A stretch of 64,000 nt of DNA from Eggerthellaceae bacterium (GCA_022791455.1 JAAVZC010000014.1:209119-273118), one strand, 5' to 3'; counted from the first letter of the stretch, positions 36,664 to 47,320 are shown. The notes: generated by a model from the sequence alone, not told the origin. A program made the numbers and translations.

Positions 36664-36854
36664 TTCTGTCCTCCAAAAGTTGTCTGTTCGTGCGCGGTTG
36701 AAGCTTCCGCGCCCGAGGTGTTTGTTTTCAAAAGTGCATGCGAATCAGGTGCCGGTTTCCTACGCCGACGCGCCGCTTGCGGGCCTGGACTCCCACGCGC
36801 TGCGCTCCTTCATCAAGCCATGCGTTTACGGGGCTTTTGAAAGCGAACTTTTGC

Positions 36855-36882
36855 ATTATACGGCGCCTGTTTGCTCTGTCAA
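36855..36882 (-). promoter_or_regulatory. Consensus sigma70 promoter of rplM-rpsI
   Basis: TTGACA, 16 nt, TATAAT. Confidence 0.8.
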
Positions 36883-36943
36883 CGAAAACGCCCGCAAAAG
36901 TCACGGGATTTTCAGGCAAGGGGCTGAAGCAAGCCCCGTCCCG

Positions 36944-37042
36944 TTGTCATCCTGAGCGGAGGCCGAAGGCCGGAGTCGAAGGATCTCCGCAGCCGGGTGA
37001 GATCCTTCGACTCCGCGCTGCGCGCTCCGCTCAGGATGACAA
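36944..37042. repeat. Family B REP doublet (inverted pair)
   Basis: TTGTCATCCTGAGCGG...GAAGGATCT / AGATCCTTCGACTCC...CTCAGGATGACAA. Confidence 0.92.
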
Positions 37043-37126
37043 GGGAAGAAAGGGCTTTGGATACAGAAAGGGCGGCCCGTATGGAACCACCCTTTCTGGA
37101 GTTAGCTATGTTGTGCGAACGCGAGG

Positions 37127-38443
37127 TTACTCGGCAGCACCTTCGCCGCCCTCAGCGTTCTCGCCCTCGGCACCCTCGGCACCTTCGGTGGGCTGCTCGC
37201 CTTCAGCGCTCTCGGCGCCCTCGTCAACCGGCTGCTCACCTTCGTCGGCAGGCTGAGCGGTGGGCTCGCCCTCGACCGGGGCCTCGGTGCCTTCAGCACC
37301 CTCAACGGCCTCGACACCCTCGGTGCCCTGGGTCTGGTCGTCGGTGGTGGCGGTGTAAGCGCTCATGTCCACGTTGTAGGGCAGGTTCTCCGGCATCTCG
37401 TTGATGGTCAGCTCAGCGCTGTTGATGAACTCGCTGAACCAGGTGGTGAAGGTGTCGGAAGAGGTGTTCTCGATCTGCAGCCGCATGGCGTCCACGATCT
37501 CGGTGGGCAGCTGGTCCAGAGAGGTGATGCCGCCCTCGGGCACGGTCCACACGTCGGTGCACTTGATGATGTGGATGCCGTAGTCAGAGGTGACCGGGTC
37601 GGAAATCTCGTCCTTCTCCAGCTCCACCAGCGCGTTGTTGTAGGCGTCCACGAAGGTGGTCACGGTGTTCCAACCGTTGTCGCCGCCGTTTTCCTTGGTG
37701 TACTCGTCCACGGAGTACTGAGCCACGGCGTCGTCCCAGCTCAGAGCGCCGGACTGCAACTGCGCGGCCACTTCGGCGGCATTGGCGTCATCGCCAGCGG
37801 CAAACAGGATGTGGCTGGAGCGACGGCCGCCGTCCAGCACGCTCTCCATGGACTGGGCCATGGCCAGCACCTGGCCGTCCACGTCCACAGTTTCGCCCTG
37901 GTCGGCCTCAACGGCCTCGGCCAGCTTGGTCTGCAGGGTGTTGGGCTCGAGCACCTTCTCGATGTACTCTTCTTCGGACATGCCGGTGGCGCTCAGGGCC
38001 TCCTGATAGGCCTCTTCGCTCTCGAACTGATCCTTGATCTGCTGCAGAGCCTCCTGCACCTCGGACTCCTCCACATGCACGTCGTACATCTTGGCGGCTT
38101 CCTCCAGCAGCAGGTCCTGCTCGTAGTAGTTAATAACCTGGGTGCGCACGTCGGCCGGAGTCAGCGCATTGTCGGCCATCCACTTGGCCCACGCGTCGTC
38201 GTCGGTCAGCTCGTTGCGCTCGCGGAAATCCTGCACGTACTGGGTGACAATCTTCTCGCCAATCTCCAGCGTGACTTCCTTGTCGTCCTTGTCCTTGACC
38301 TTAACGGTAGCGGCCACGCCCTGCGACGTGTCCTGAATGCTGCCGTCAGCCGCGCCGTTTCCGCCGCAACCCACCATGGTTCCGCCAAGGGCGATAGTCA
38401 GGGCAAGCGCGCCCGCTACCTTGAAACGGTTCAACTTCAACAT
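37127..38443 (-). CDS. PrsA-like peptidyl-prolyl isomerase lipoprotein with acidic tail
   Basis: Lipobox MVGC; SurA-like helical region; parvulin motifs SSHIL, YSVD, GGDNGW, SDYGIHII. Confidence 0.85.
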   Translation of the reverse strand: MLKLNRFKVAGALALTIALGGTMVGCGGNGAADGSIQDTSQGVAATVKVKDKDDKEVTLEIGEKIVTQYVQDFRERNELTDDDAWAKWMADNALTPADVRTQVINYYEQDLLLEEAAKMYDVHVEESEVQEALQQIKDQFESEEAYQEALSATGMSEEEYIEKVLEPNTLQTKLAEAVEADQGETVDVDGQVLAMAQSMESVLDGGRRSSHILFAAGDDANAAEVAAQLQSGALSWDDAVAQYSVDEYTKENGGDNGWNTVTTFVDAYNNALVELEKDEISDPVTSDYGIHIIKCTDVWTVPEGGITSLDQLPTEIVDAMRLQIENTSSDTFTTWFSEFINSAELTINEMPENLPYNVDMSAYTATTDDQTQGTEGVEAVEGAEGTEAPVEGEPTAQPADEGEQPVDEGAESAEGEQPTEGAEGAEGENAEGGEGAAE

Positions 38444-38789
38444 CTAATTGACCTCCTTGAAAGATGTCTCTTTGCCATAGGGAGTTTCAAAACGCACTAC
38501 GTTCGCGCGGCTTAGCAATTTTACTAATTGGCAACTAAGCGACCCAGCCCCTTGACAATTGCTGGAGTTATTTTGCACGGCCCTAAAAACTTTTGACACC
38601 GCACCGGGCGCATTTGCACACAACTTGCATATTTGAGCGCAGTTCACCCCCAAAATGTGGTGGCTCTGTGAAGAGGCCGAGGCGAATCTGGCGCCGAACA
38701 CCACGGCCAGCAGCAGCACCCCACACCCGAACCACCCCAGGACCGAGAAGGTTGCCGAGCCCCCAAAGACAGCCGCCGCACAACACCCC

Positions 38790-39175
38790 TCAACCATCCC
38801 AGGACCGAAAACCCCGCCATCCCCCACGGCGGCGTGGGGGACGAGGGATTTCTGGATCCCGAAGGGCGCCGCCAGCACGGCGCAGGACCAAAACCCCGCC
38901 ATCCCCCACGAAAGCGAGCGTCACCGTGGGGGACGAGGGGGTTTCGGGTCCCGAAAGGCGCTGTGGGCGAGCCGGAGGATCGAAAGTGCGGCCGTCCCCC
39001 ACAGCGGCGTGGGGGACGAGGGGGTTTTGGGTCCCGGAGCCCACAACGTCGTGGGGCTCGACGGGGTTTTCGATCCCTAGCCCACAACGCCGTGGGGGAT
39101 GGCGAGGTTTTGAATCCCCGGGCCCACAACGCCGTGGGGGACGACAGGATTTTCGATCCTCGACCGCAAGCCCCC
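38790..39175. repeat. Family C palindromic repeat cluster 1
   Basis: About 6 units of AAAACCCC-GCCRTCCCCCAC..GTGGGGGACG-RGGGGTTTT-GGRTCC and half-units. Confidence 0.85.
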
Positions 39176-39242
39176 GATGGTTGACCGACACGCAAGGCGC
39201 CAAAGCGGACACTTCGGCCGCAGAACCCAAAACAGCGGCGCG

Positions 39243-39272
39243 AAAAAAGAGGCACCCGAAAGGATGCCCCTT
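39243..39272 (-). terminator. Intrinsic terminator of the third molybdoenzyme operon
   Basis: Minus strand AAGGGGCATCC-TTTC-GGGTGCCTCTTTTTT. Confidence 0.75.
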
Positions 39273-39297
39273 GAAAACAGCGCCAACTTGCCAACGC

Positions 39298-39954
39298 TCA
39301 GCCGCGCCAAGTGCGATCGCGCAAAATATAGACAAGCTGCGGGCCATTACCTACATCTGGCAAGTGGTAAACATCTTGTTCGCTATATTCCTCAAGATAC
39401 TCTCCGAGCGTAATCCGGGACTCGCCACAGTTTTCGTAGCTGGGCTCCACCCCCGGCGCTGGTTCCGAAGGCGCCTCGAAGGTATCAATACCGGCGTCCA
39501 GATCGCCGAAGAAGCGGGCACGGGCGCCGCACTGGGCCACGCACTGGGGAAGCTCCCCTTGGGCGGTCTTCTGCTCGCACAGCGTGCACTTCTCCACCAC
39601 GCGCTCCTCCTCGTTCAGGTAGCGCACGCCATACGGGCAGGCCATGGCGCAGAACTGGCAGCCGATGCACTTTTCCTTGTCGATCTGCACCGTGCCGTCG
39701 GCCACCTTGTGGGAGGCCTCGGTTGGGCACACGTCCACACAGGCGGGGTTCTCGCAATGCTGGCACTGGACCGGCAGGAAGTACATCTCTACATCATTGG
39801 GAAACGAGCCGCCCTCTTTCAAGTTGGGACCTATACGCAACGTCTTTATCCAGTAGGAACCAATGTCCACCCCATTGACCGCCTTACACGCCACGGTGCA
39901 AGCCAGGCATCCAACGCAAAGATTAAGGTCGGTTGCAATAGCGTATCGAGCCAT
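39298..39954 (-). CDS. 4Fe-4S electron-transfer subunit (DmsB-like)
   Basis: CVGCLAC, CQHCENPAC, CIGCQFCAMAC, CTLC; paralog of 19621-20235. Confidence 0.95.
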   Translation of the reverse strand: MARYAIATDLNLCVGCLACTVACKAVNGVDIGSYWIKTLRIGPNLKEGGSFPNDVEMYFLPVQCQHCENPACVDVCPTEASHKVADGTVQIDKEKCIGCQFCAMACPYGVRYLNEEERVVEKCTLCEQKTAQGELPQCVAQCGARARFFGDLDAGIDTFEAPSEPAPGVEPSYENCGESRITLGEYLEEYSEQDVYHLPDVGNGPQLVYILRDRTWRG

Positions 39955-39956
39955 GG

Positions 39957-42851
39957 CTACTCCCTCCCCTCATAGCTAGGAACCCATTCTTTCAGGCGAG
40001 GATCATCCGGCGATGTAATGATTTCGCGCCCGGTAACCGGATCGACCGGCACAGGATTCCCTTCAGGAGAATTCTCGGCCGTAGCTTTGTAGATCTTTAC
40101 CGGGAACGCTCGCAGCACCGATGCTCCGCATAGTGGGTCGCGGTCATCCTTGTAGTTGATCATGTTGATATTGCATAAGTCGAATCCCTTGCGGGGCGAC
40201 GCGTTTTCCGGGAACCACCATTGATGGTTGGCGTTTACCACGCCCTTCGAGATGCCGTGGTAGATGTCCACCACTTCGCGAACGCGGCCGTTTGCGTTCT
40301 CGATCCACACCCAATCACCCTGCTCGAGCCCCAGTTCTTCCGCATCTGCGGGGTTTAATTCCACGCGCGGAACAGGCCACAACTCACGACACCAAGGCAG
40401 CTGGCGATGCTCGGAATGGAAGTAAACCGGCTGACGAGACCCGGTCGTGCAGATCAGCGGATACTCTTTGCACTCGTCGGGGGCAGAGATGGGCGACCGG
40501 GGCGGCTCGCTCCAATCGGGCAGAATATAGGCCGAATCGGCATAGGACTCCACTACCGTCGACCATATTTCCGTGAGGCCCGTGGGGGTATAGAAGCCCA
40601 CCTGGCCGTCGTTAGGCAATGTGCCGAAGTTTGCCATCTGCCGCAGCTGGCCAGTTTCCCAACGACGATAGTTGTGCCAAATAGGCGAGAACGACCGCGC
40701 GTCAATCCAGCCTTCTTTCTGGAATTTCTCCGCAAACTCCTTCCAACCCATGCGCGTACCAGCCACGTCGTTGTCGAGTTCCTGCTCCTCAGTGAACCAG
40801 GGGTTCTCCGGGTCGCTGCACCAAGGACGCCCCATTGCCTTGAACAGGCCAATTGCGATCATGAAGTCCACCAGGGCCTCTCCCGGAGGCTCGATCACCT
40901 TCACCGTCGCCCCCACGGCGCCAGAAGCTCCCTGGGACATGCGCGGCGCATTCACTTCCAGCCAGTGAGCCGCAGGGAGCAAGATGTCTGCCACCTCGGT
41001 GGTCGGCGTGTGCCAAAGATCGGCCACCGCGAAAAAGTCGGTTCCGCAAAGCGCGTCCCACGCCACCTGAGAGTTGGCCATGTTCATGAAATCCGACGCC
41101 GAGCAATACCCGCCACGAATGGGGTATGGATCACCAGAAAGCGCCTGATCCCAAAGCGATGCACAGTCGCACCACATATTGAACCATTTGTTAACGGGAA
41201 ACTGTTCGCCGCCTGCTTGCTTCTCGTTCTTAATGAAGGGCATGCGCCGCTGCGGATCCAGCATGAGAGTGGGGTCGCCCATTGGACCACCGGGCGAGGC
41301 GTTAACTCCCAAAACGCGTGTCTGCCCCCTGTTGCCTGCGGGCACGTCGGTATTGTTAGTAATAGCCGAAAGAATGATAAGCACGCGCTCGGTCTGAACA
41401 GCGTTGCCCGTATGGTCGATGGCCAGCTGGAAATGCAAGCCGCCGTTGCCATAGCCGCTTTCCGGATCGAGGGGCGTTGCCCAAGCAAGTCCAGCGTCCC
41501 GAATAACATTGGCGTCCACACCGGTAATCTCAGCAGCGTATTCGGGTGTATATGCCGAGAAGACATCCGCATAGCAGTCCCATACCGTACGCGCCTTAAC
41601 AATGCGACCGTCTTTAAGCGTGACGTCGAACGTTCCGGTCAATGCTGGATCCTTTGCCGGATCGAATTGGCTCTCGTCGGGCAAGAAACAGCTCGAAACT
41701 CGCGCATCGGGAGCGTCAACCTCATGGCCGGCAGTTTGGGGGCCCGTCGTCTCACCTTCCCATGCGTGGCATTCGTTGTCCCAATAGGTAAGCGCATCGT
41801 TTCCCGTGGCGCCCGCCTGAGCTTTCAGGTTGTCGTACGCCATGAAGCGCAAGTAGCTACCGCCCTCAACAATGTCCGACTCTTTCAGAAGACGGGTGTT
41901 CAGAAGCATACCGCCTTTGGCATCCAAAACGAAGCCACCGGAGGGCTCCAGCTCTTCGACCACCAAAAATGGGCTGTTCGTCCACCGCTTCATGAAATGC
42001 TGGTTTGCCAACCCGTTTTCCCAAACCAGCTTTGTCCAGCACAGACCAATGGCCCCGTCGGTTCCGGGTCGCACATTGAGCCAGTAATCAGCCTCTTTGC
42101 CCATGGGGGTCATGCGCGGATCTATGACGATATGGACATCAGCGTTCTTCGCCCGATTGACGATGGTGCGGCACGAGTTGTCGTAGTTAGAATATTCCAC
42201 GGCAGTGCCCCACTGAACGTAAACCCTGGGCTGCCCCGTGCCCTCGTACCAGTAGAGGCCCATATCGTTCACAAGCGAGTTTGCGAAAAAGCGCGGGCCT
42301 TTGCAAATTTGCAACGCCTGGACCGAGTTGGGGGTCTGGAACAACGCGTTGATGCTGGAATAGCAGCAGGCCTGAGCCCACGCGCGAGAAGTGCCACCCA
42401 TGGTGAATAGGGATTCTCCGCCATATTGGTCGATTATCTGCTGATACGACTGGGCCATGGCCCCCAATGCCTCGTCCCAGGAGATTCGCTGCCAACCGGG
42501 CTCTTCCCCTTTTGGCTGCGTGCGTCGCAGCGGATAGTGCAACCGATCTGGGTGGTAGGCTGCCTGCACGGACGATTGCGATTTCGTGCAGCAATTGCCG
42601 TGGCTCTGGAAAGCGCTCTCGTCGCCTTCGATGCGAATGACCTTGCCATCTTGCACCGTTACCCAAACGCCGCACTCCATCTTTCCGCAGCCGCGGCAGC
42701 AAGAGCGCACGCGCCTCATGTCTGCCGACGAGCTGCTCGGTGCCGTTTCGGCCAAAGCAACCGCCGGACTTGCAGCTCCCAGCGCCGCCGCAGCAGAAGA
42801 TGCAGCCGCAACTTTCAGGAAAGCGCGCCTTGACATGCTTAATCGTGCCAT
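39957..42851 (-). CDS. Tat-exported bis-MGD molybdoenzyme, catechol dehydroxylase (Dadh)-like catalytic subunit
   Basis: MSRRAFLK; RSCCRGCGKMECG; LQICKGPRF; VYFHSEHRQLPWCRELWP; ends YEGRE; more AT-rich codon usage than neighbours. Confidence 0.9.
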   Translation of the reverse strand: MARLSMSRRAFLKVAAASSAAAALGAASPAVALAETAPSSSSADMRRVRSCCRGCGKMECGVWVTVQDGKVIRIEGDESAFQSHGNCCTKSQSSVQAAYHPDRLHYPLRRTQPKGEEPGWQRISWDEALGAMAQSYQQIIDQYGGESLFTMGGTSRAWAQACCYSSINALFQTPNSVQALQICKGPRFFANSLVNDMGLYWYEGTGQPRVYVQWGTAVEYSNYDNSCRTIVNRAKNADVHIVIDPRMTPMGKEADYWLNVRPGTDGAIGLCWTKLVWENGLANQHFMKRWTNSPFLVVEELEPSGGFVLDAKGGMLLNTRLLKESDIVEGGSYLRFMAYDNLKAQAGATGNDALTYWDNECHAWEGETTGPQTAGHEVDAPDARVSSCFLPDESQFDPAKDPALTGTFDVTLKDGRIVKARTVWDCYADVFSAYTPEYAAEITGVDANVIRDAGLAWATPLDPESGYGNGGLHFQLAIDHTGNAVQTERVLIILSAITNNTDVPAGNRGQTRVLGVNASPGGPMGDPTLMLDPQRRMPFIKNEKQAGGEQFPVNKWFNMWCDCASLWDQALSGDPYPIRGGYCSASDFMNMANSQVAWDALCGTDFFAVADLWHTPTTEVADILLPAAHWLEVNAPRMSQGASGAVGATVKVIEPPGEALVDFMIAIGLFKAMGRPWCSDPENPWFTEEQELDNDVAGTRMGWKEFAEKFQKEGWIDARSFSPIWHNYRRWETGQLRQMANFGTLPNDGQVGFYTPTGLTEIWSTVVESYADSAYILPDWSEPPRSPISAPDECKEYPLICTTGSRQPVYFHSEHRQLPWCRELWPVPRVELNPADAEELGLEQGDWVWIENANGRVREVVDIYHGISKGVVNANHQWWFPENASPRKGFDLCNINMINYKDDRDPLCGASVLRAFPVKIYKATAENSPEGNPVPVDPVTGREIITSPDDPRLKEWVPSYEGRE

Positions 42852-42940
42852 TTTCCTCCTCCTATCTCAGGTAGTAATTCCCCTGAGACCATTTTGATGA
42901 GGCGGAAAATACAGGGCAGTTTCGAAGTTGGACGTGCATT

Positions 42941-42955
42941 TTTCCATTATGGAAA
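42941..42955. promoter_or_regulatory. LysR-type T-N11-A operator
   Basis: Perfect 7-1-7 palindrome TTTCCAT-T-ATGGAAA between the molybdoenzyme and the divergent LysR. Confidence 0.65.
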
Positions 42956-43029
42956 CCCCATTGACGATTTCCCCATACAATAGTATTTACTGAGAACCAA
43001 CTGTTTCCGTCGAAGCACGGGGGGGGCTT

Positions 43030-43947
43030 ATGCGGACTGAGTATCTTGAGGAATTCTGCGCTTTGGCCATTGCGCTCAATTACTCCAAAGTGGCCAAAAA
43101 ATTTCACCTTTCGCCATCAGTGTTGAGCAAACATATTGCAGCTCTCGAACGAGAGCTCGGGCAAAGATTGTTTGATCGCTCTCCTTCCTCTGTAGAGCTG
43201 ACAGCGGCCGGGCGATTCTTTTATGAGGGGATTGCGCCGGTGATATCCGACTACCAGCAGTTCATGGACGATTTCCACTTGAAAATGGATCGAGGGCATC
43301 AAGATCTCAAAATTTGCATTGGTATTCGCGCCGAGCCCATTCTACGAGCCGTGGCTATCGCAGCAGGAAACATGCGGCGCGACGGCAACGCCAAAATCGC
43401 CTTTGACAGCATATCCCGCGGACCACTTTATAGCGAAAGCGCTCTTACCAGCCCCGATGCCACAATTGTTTACACAAGCGGGCGCGTGCCGTCCCGGGCG
43501 ATCGTGGTCCCTATAGGGAAAGATCCTTTCATGGCAGTTGTTCCTATCGAGCACCCATTGGCCCAAAACGAGAGCGTATCTTTGGCAAGAGACTTGAGCC
43601 AGCATCCCATAATCCTGCTGCGCGACTCCTATTTCGAACCAGGGCAAGACTCTATTCGCGAGGCCTTCGAATCGTGCAATATCGCCCCTAACTACGTGTA
43701 CTCCCTGGCCACCTCTTTCGATGACATCACCTTCTTCTTCAACTTCAAGGACGTGCTCATTATGCCGGCTCAGGCGGTACCCCTGCTTCGGGCCGTCACT
43801 CCGCAAACCCATAAGGTGCTGCCATTTGAGGAGGACTTGTATTTTCAACAGGCCGTTGTGTACTTGCCGGAAAAAGAATCCCCCCGGTTGCTGGATTTCA
43901 TCGAGCAGGTCAAGCAAGCCTACGCGCAGGGAGACAGCCAGGCCTAG
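43030..43947 (+). CDS. LysR-family regulator
   Basis: LNYSKVAKKFHLSPSVLSKHIAALERELGQRLFDR HTH. Confidence 0.92.
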   Translation: MRTEYLEEFCALAIALNYSKVAKKFHLSPSVLSKHIAALERELGQRLFDRSPSSVELTAAGRFFYEGIAPVISDYQQFMDDFHLKMDRGHQDLKICIGIRAEPILRAVAIAAGNMRRDGNAKIAFDSISRGPLYSESALTSPDATIVYTSGRVPSRAIVVPIGKDPFMAVVPIEHPLAQNESVSLARDLSQHPIILLRDSYFEPGQDSIREAFESCNIAPNYVYSLATSFDDITFFFNFKDVLIMPAQAVPLLRAVTPQTHKVLPFEEDLYFQQAVVYLPEKESPRLLDFIEQVKQAYAQGDSQA

Positions 43948-43980
43948 CCCATCCGCCGCCAACCATGGCCACGGGCGCCT

Positions 43981-44048
43981 CGTTGGCGGGAGCGCATCGT
44001 TGCCAGGAGCACACCGTTGCCGGGAGAGCACCGTTGCCGGGAGCGCCT
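43981..44048 (+). repeat. Tandem repeat, 4 x 17 bp
   Basis: CGTTGSCRGGAGMRCMY x4. Confidence 0.8.
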
Positions 44049-44099
44049 CGTCCGTCTCGTCGCTTTCGTAGCCATCCTCGCCGAACGCCCACAGGATCA

Positions 44100-44415
44100 A
44101 GAATGCGGCCGTCCCCCACGAAGACGAGCGGCGGCGTGGGGGACGACGGGGTTTACGATCCCGAGAGGGCCCTGCGAGAACGCCGGAGGATCCAAAACCC
44201 TGCCGTCCCCCGCAACGTCATGGGGGACGGCAGGGTTTTGGGTCCTGGAACCCAGAACGCCGTGGGGAATGGCGGGGTTTTCGATCCCCAACCCAGAGTG
44301 CCGTGGGGGATAACAGGGTTTTGGGTCCCCGGGCCCAGAGGCTCGTGGGGAATGACGGGGGTTTGGATCCCCAAGCCAACGACGTCGCGGGGGACGGCGG
44401 GGTTTTCGGTCTTCG
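44100..44415. repeat. Family C palindromic repeat cluster 2
   Basis: Same units as 38790-39175, including ~41-bp tandem half-units in the same orientation. Confidence 0.85.
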
Positions 44416-44429
44416 CAGTTCGACAGATC

Positions 44430-45464
44430 CTAAAGCGCATCTGATTCGTAGCAGCTGAGCGGGGTGATTTCGCCACAGTAGAGGCGCGGGAACAGCTGGG
44501 CGTGCAGCTGCAGGCGCTTATCCTGGTAGCCTTCGCGGTTCAGGCGAATCTTGCGGCCCATGTGAGCGGCAATGGCCCGCGCCACGTTGTCCATCTTCGG
44601 GATGGACTGAATTTGACCCCTGGTCACGGAAATGACCTCAATGCCCATCTGCTTCAAAATAGCCCGCCGGTCGGCGTCGCGGTAGGCGGATTCCCGGTCT
44701 GCGAAATGGTGGTCGTCGCTGTCGTACTCCAGCGCTAGGTTGAACTCCGGCCAGAACACGTCCAGGTAGAACGGCTGCGGATGGCGGTTCGCGGCAGTCC
44801 GCGGCGGTGTGATTTTCCAGTTGAGCTTTGGCGGCGGAAACCCATATCCGCCCAAGCGCGGCGGCAGGATCAGCAGAATCACCAAGTAGGTCTCCATCGG
44901 CGACGCCGAATTCGGCAGCACATAGCAGAGGGCCTTCTGCGCGGCCACTTTGCCCTTGACCGGGCCAAGCTGAACAAGGTGACCTTGCACTGCCTCGGGA
45001 GTAGTCAGCGGTAATGCTTGCCGAAGGCGCTGCTCCTGGTTCGTAGCTGCGGGCACGCTATAGCAGCCGCACAGCTCGTAGCTTTTCTTGAGGAACGAAA
45101 CGAAATCCTCACTTTGGCACAGTTGAAAAATGAGCTCTTCCGGAGCAGGACAAAGGGTGCCGTGACCTAGGAGGAGAAAGGTGTCTGGCATGCGGCCACG
45201 CGCAATTTCGTGGCAAGCGATTCCAGCGCCACGCAGCCGGTTCTCACGCAGTGCCTGAATGTGGATTTCGCATTCCTCCCCCAGCACCTGACGAGAGAAG
45301 GCCAGGTCGCTTTGCAACGGGCGCCCGAGGAGGAGGGGTTCGGACGGGATGCGATCAATACGAGTTTCTATCACGCCCTCGAAACGTTCCGGGCCGACGC
45401 TGGGCAGTTCGCCGCGAAGGTAGCGAATAAGGCTGAAGGCGGTATTTTGGGCTGCGATGATCAT
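44430..45464 (-). CDS. Hypothetical protein with C-terminal DUF559/Vsr-like nuclease fold
   Basis: SASPMETYL...FYLDVFWPEFNLALEYDSDDHH...ADRRAILKQMGIEVISV. Confidence 0.75.
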   Translation of the reverse strand: MIIAAQNTAFSLIRYLRGELPSVGPERFEGVIETRIDRIPSEPLLLGRPLQSDLAFSRQVLGEECEIHIQALRENRLRGAGIACHEIARGRMPDTFLLLGHGTLCPAPEELIFQLCQSEDFVSFLKKSYELCGCYSVPAATNQEQRLRQALPLTTPEAVQGHLVQLGPVKGKVAAQKALCYVLPNSASPMETYLVILLILPPRLGGYGFPPPKLNWKITPPRTAANRHPQPFYLDVFWPEFNLALEYDSDDHHFADRESAYRDADRRAILKQMGIEVISVTRGQIQSIPKMDNVARAIAAHMGRKIRLNREGYQDKRLQLHAQLFPRLYCGEITPLSCYESDAL

Positions 45465-45651
45465 GGCTTACATGGTAGGCCCCGCGTTCGTCAACGCGGC
45501 CGCAACTCGACCTCAAATCGAACTCAAGAATTCGCCGTCGCGACGGCGAAATGCCGCAACGCATCGCCATCGCGACCGCAAGATGCCGCAAAAATGAGAC
45601 AAATCGATGGCAAGTATTCTCCATCGCGGCGTCAAACTGTCGGCAATGCGT

Positions 45652-46344
45652 CTATAACGGGGTCTTCAGTGTACGCAGATACGACTTCTGATCAGGGGAA
45701 ATGCGCCGGCTCTCGATGGCCTTCTGGATGGCTTTGTTGTGCGTCCACGGGTCGAGGCGCCGCTGCTCGATGAAAGGCAACGCAGCTTCCGGCTGCTTCG
45801 CCAACGCCTCGGCAAAATACCAGGCGCGCATCATGTTCACGTAGTATTCTTCCGAGGCCACATTCGCCACCCAGTCGAGCATCTCCGGGCGGAAAAGATC
45901 GTCCAAGAACAGCTGCAGTAGCACGCCGATGCCGTAGCGCACCGTATAAGGATGCGACGATGCCAGCCATTTACGGACCAGCGCCAGCGTCTCTTCCGGC
46001 CGCTGCGCCAAACCGCGCGGGGACATCTGGTCGCAAGTAGCCCAGTTGTCCACGTAGGGCAGGAACCCCTCGATGCCGGCCACCAGTTCACCGTAGTTGC
46101 GCCGACCGCTCACGATGAACGCGTGCAGCTGATTCTCTTCGAAGAAACGGTGCGGCGCATCGCTCAGGAACTCCTCCGCATCTTCGCGCCGTGACAACTG
46201 CTTTGCAAACTTTCGCAGCGCCGGCGTGCGCACCCCCACTACCGCCTGCGACGGAACAGTCGGCAGAAGCTTGGCGTTGAATTCGCGAAAAGCCTCGTCG
46301 CGGTTAGCCTCCAGGAACTCCGCAATATCCTCGTGAATGCTCAA
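45652..46344 (-). CDS. DNA alkylation repair protein (AlkD-like)
   Basis: GVRTPALRK, VDNWATCD, EYYVNMMRAWYFAEAL; TTG start after GAAGG. Confidence 0.88.
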   Translation of the reverse strand: MSIHEDIAEFLEANRDEAFREFNAKLLPTVPSQAVVGVRTPALRKFAKQLSRREDAEEFLSDAPHRFFEENQLHAFIVSGRRNYGELVAGIEGFLPYVDNWATCDQMSPRGLAQRPEETLALVRKWLASSHPYTVRYGIGVLLQLFLDDLFRPEMLDWVANVASEEYYVNMMRAWYFAEALAKQPEAALPFIEQRRLDPWTHNKAIQKAIESRRISPDQKSYLRTLKTPL

Positions 46345-46515
46345 AGCTGCTACCTTCCCCAACTCGATGCGCGCCGCTAGCCGCCCAACGCACCGCACAA
46401 AGCTGATCGCCCCTGCGCGCACCTGTCGGCTATCCGCCGCATCGCGCATCGCCGAGGTGCGCCCCTCGCATCGCAGCAAGGTGCCGAGGGCACGCGCCTT
46501 TCGTTCCGCTGCTCG

Positions 46516-46887
46516 CTACTGGTCGAGGCCCAGCGCTGCTGCCCAGGCGGCTTCCTTGAAGCCCGGCACCACCGTTTCGGCCGTCACCAGCAGCGGGCGT
46601 TTCACCAGCATGCCGTTGGTGGCCAGCAGCGCGTATTGCTCGGCGTCGGACATTTCCGGCAGCTTCGCCGAAAGCCCCATCTCGCGATAAAGCATGCCGC
46701 TCGTGTTGAAAAAGCGGCGCAGGGGCAGGCCGCTAAGTTCGTGCCATTTCCGCAGCTCATCGGCCGTGGGGTTCTCCTCGACAATGTTGCGGTCCTCGAA
46801 CGGCACGCCCTGCGCCTCCAGCCAGCGCTTGGCCTTCTGGCAGGTGGAGCACTTCGGGTATTCCAGAAACAACGCAGTTTGAGACAT
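46516..46887 (-). CDS. ArsC/Spx-family protein
   Basis: YPKCSTCQKA, FFNTSG, GMLVKRP. Confidence 0.9.
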   Translation of the reverse strand: MSQTALFLEYPKCSTCQKAKRWLEAQGVPFEDRNIVEENPTADELRKWHELSGLPLRRFFNTSGMLYREMGLSAKLPEMSDAEQYALLATNGMLVKRPLLVTAETVVPGFKEAAWAAALGLDQ

Positions 46888-47079
46888 GAGGCCTCCCCCA
46901 TCAACGAAAACGAGCCATTGCGGCAGGGCAATTCTAGCAGAGACGCCTCGGACTTGCCGCGTGAGGCTTCGGCAGCGAACAGGCGCCCCAAACCGAAAGC
47001 CATCAGGACCGAAACTGCAAGGACTGAAACCGCTGAGACCGAAACCGTCTGAGCCGAAGCTGCTGGGGCCGAAGCTGCC

Positions 47080-47320
47080 AGGACCGAAAACCCCGCCGTC
47101 CCCCACAACGGCGCGCGTTCCTGTGGGGGACGAGGGGGTTCTCGATCCCGGAAGGGCGCCGGAGCGGGAGCCGGGGATCGAAAGTGCGGCCGTCCCCCAC
47201 GGAGCCGTGGGGGTCGAGGGGGTTTTGGGTCCCCGGCGCCTGCCGCCCGTGGGGGACAACGGGGGTTTGGATCCTCGGCACCTGCCGGCTGTGGGGGACG
47301 GCAGGGTTTCTGGTTCTGGG
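47080..47320. repeat. Family C palindromic repeat cluster 3, preceded by a 15-bp tandem array (47006-47095)
   Basis: GGACCGAAAACCCCGCCGTCCCCCAC...GTGGGGGACGAGGGGGTT units. Confidence 0.85.

Noticed and set aside
38790-39175. CRISPR array or coding sequence in family C clusters (also 44100-44415, 47080-47320)
   Set aside because: Units are degenerate and irregularly spaced. The overlapping ORFs are low-complexity translations of the repeat with no RBS or host-like codon usage.
44430-45464. DUF559-like gene as a mobile or defence nuclease
   Set aside because: Lone gene without methylase, repeats of its own or partner genes; nothing here supports a specific system.
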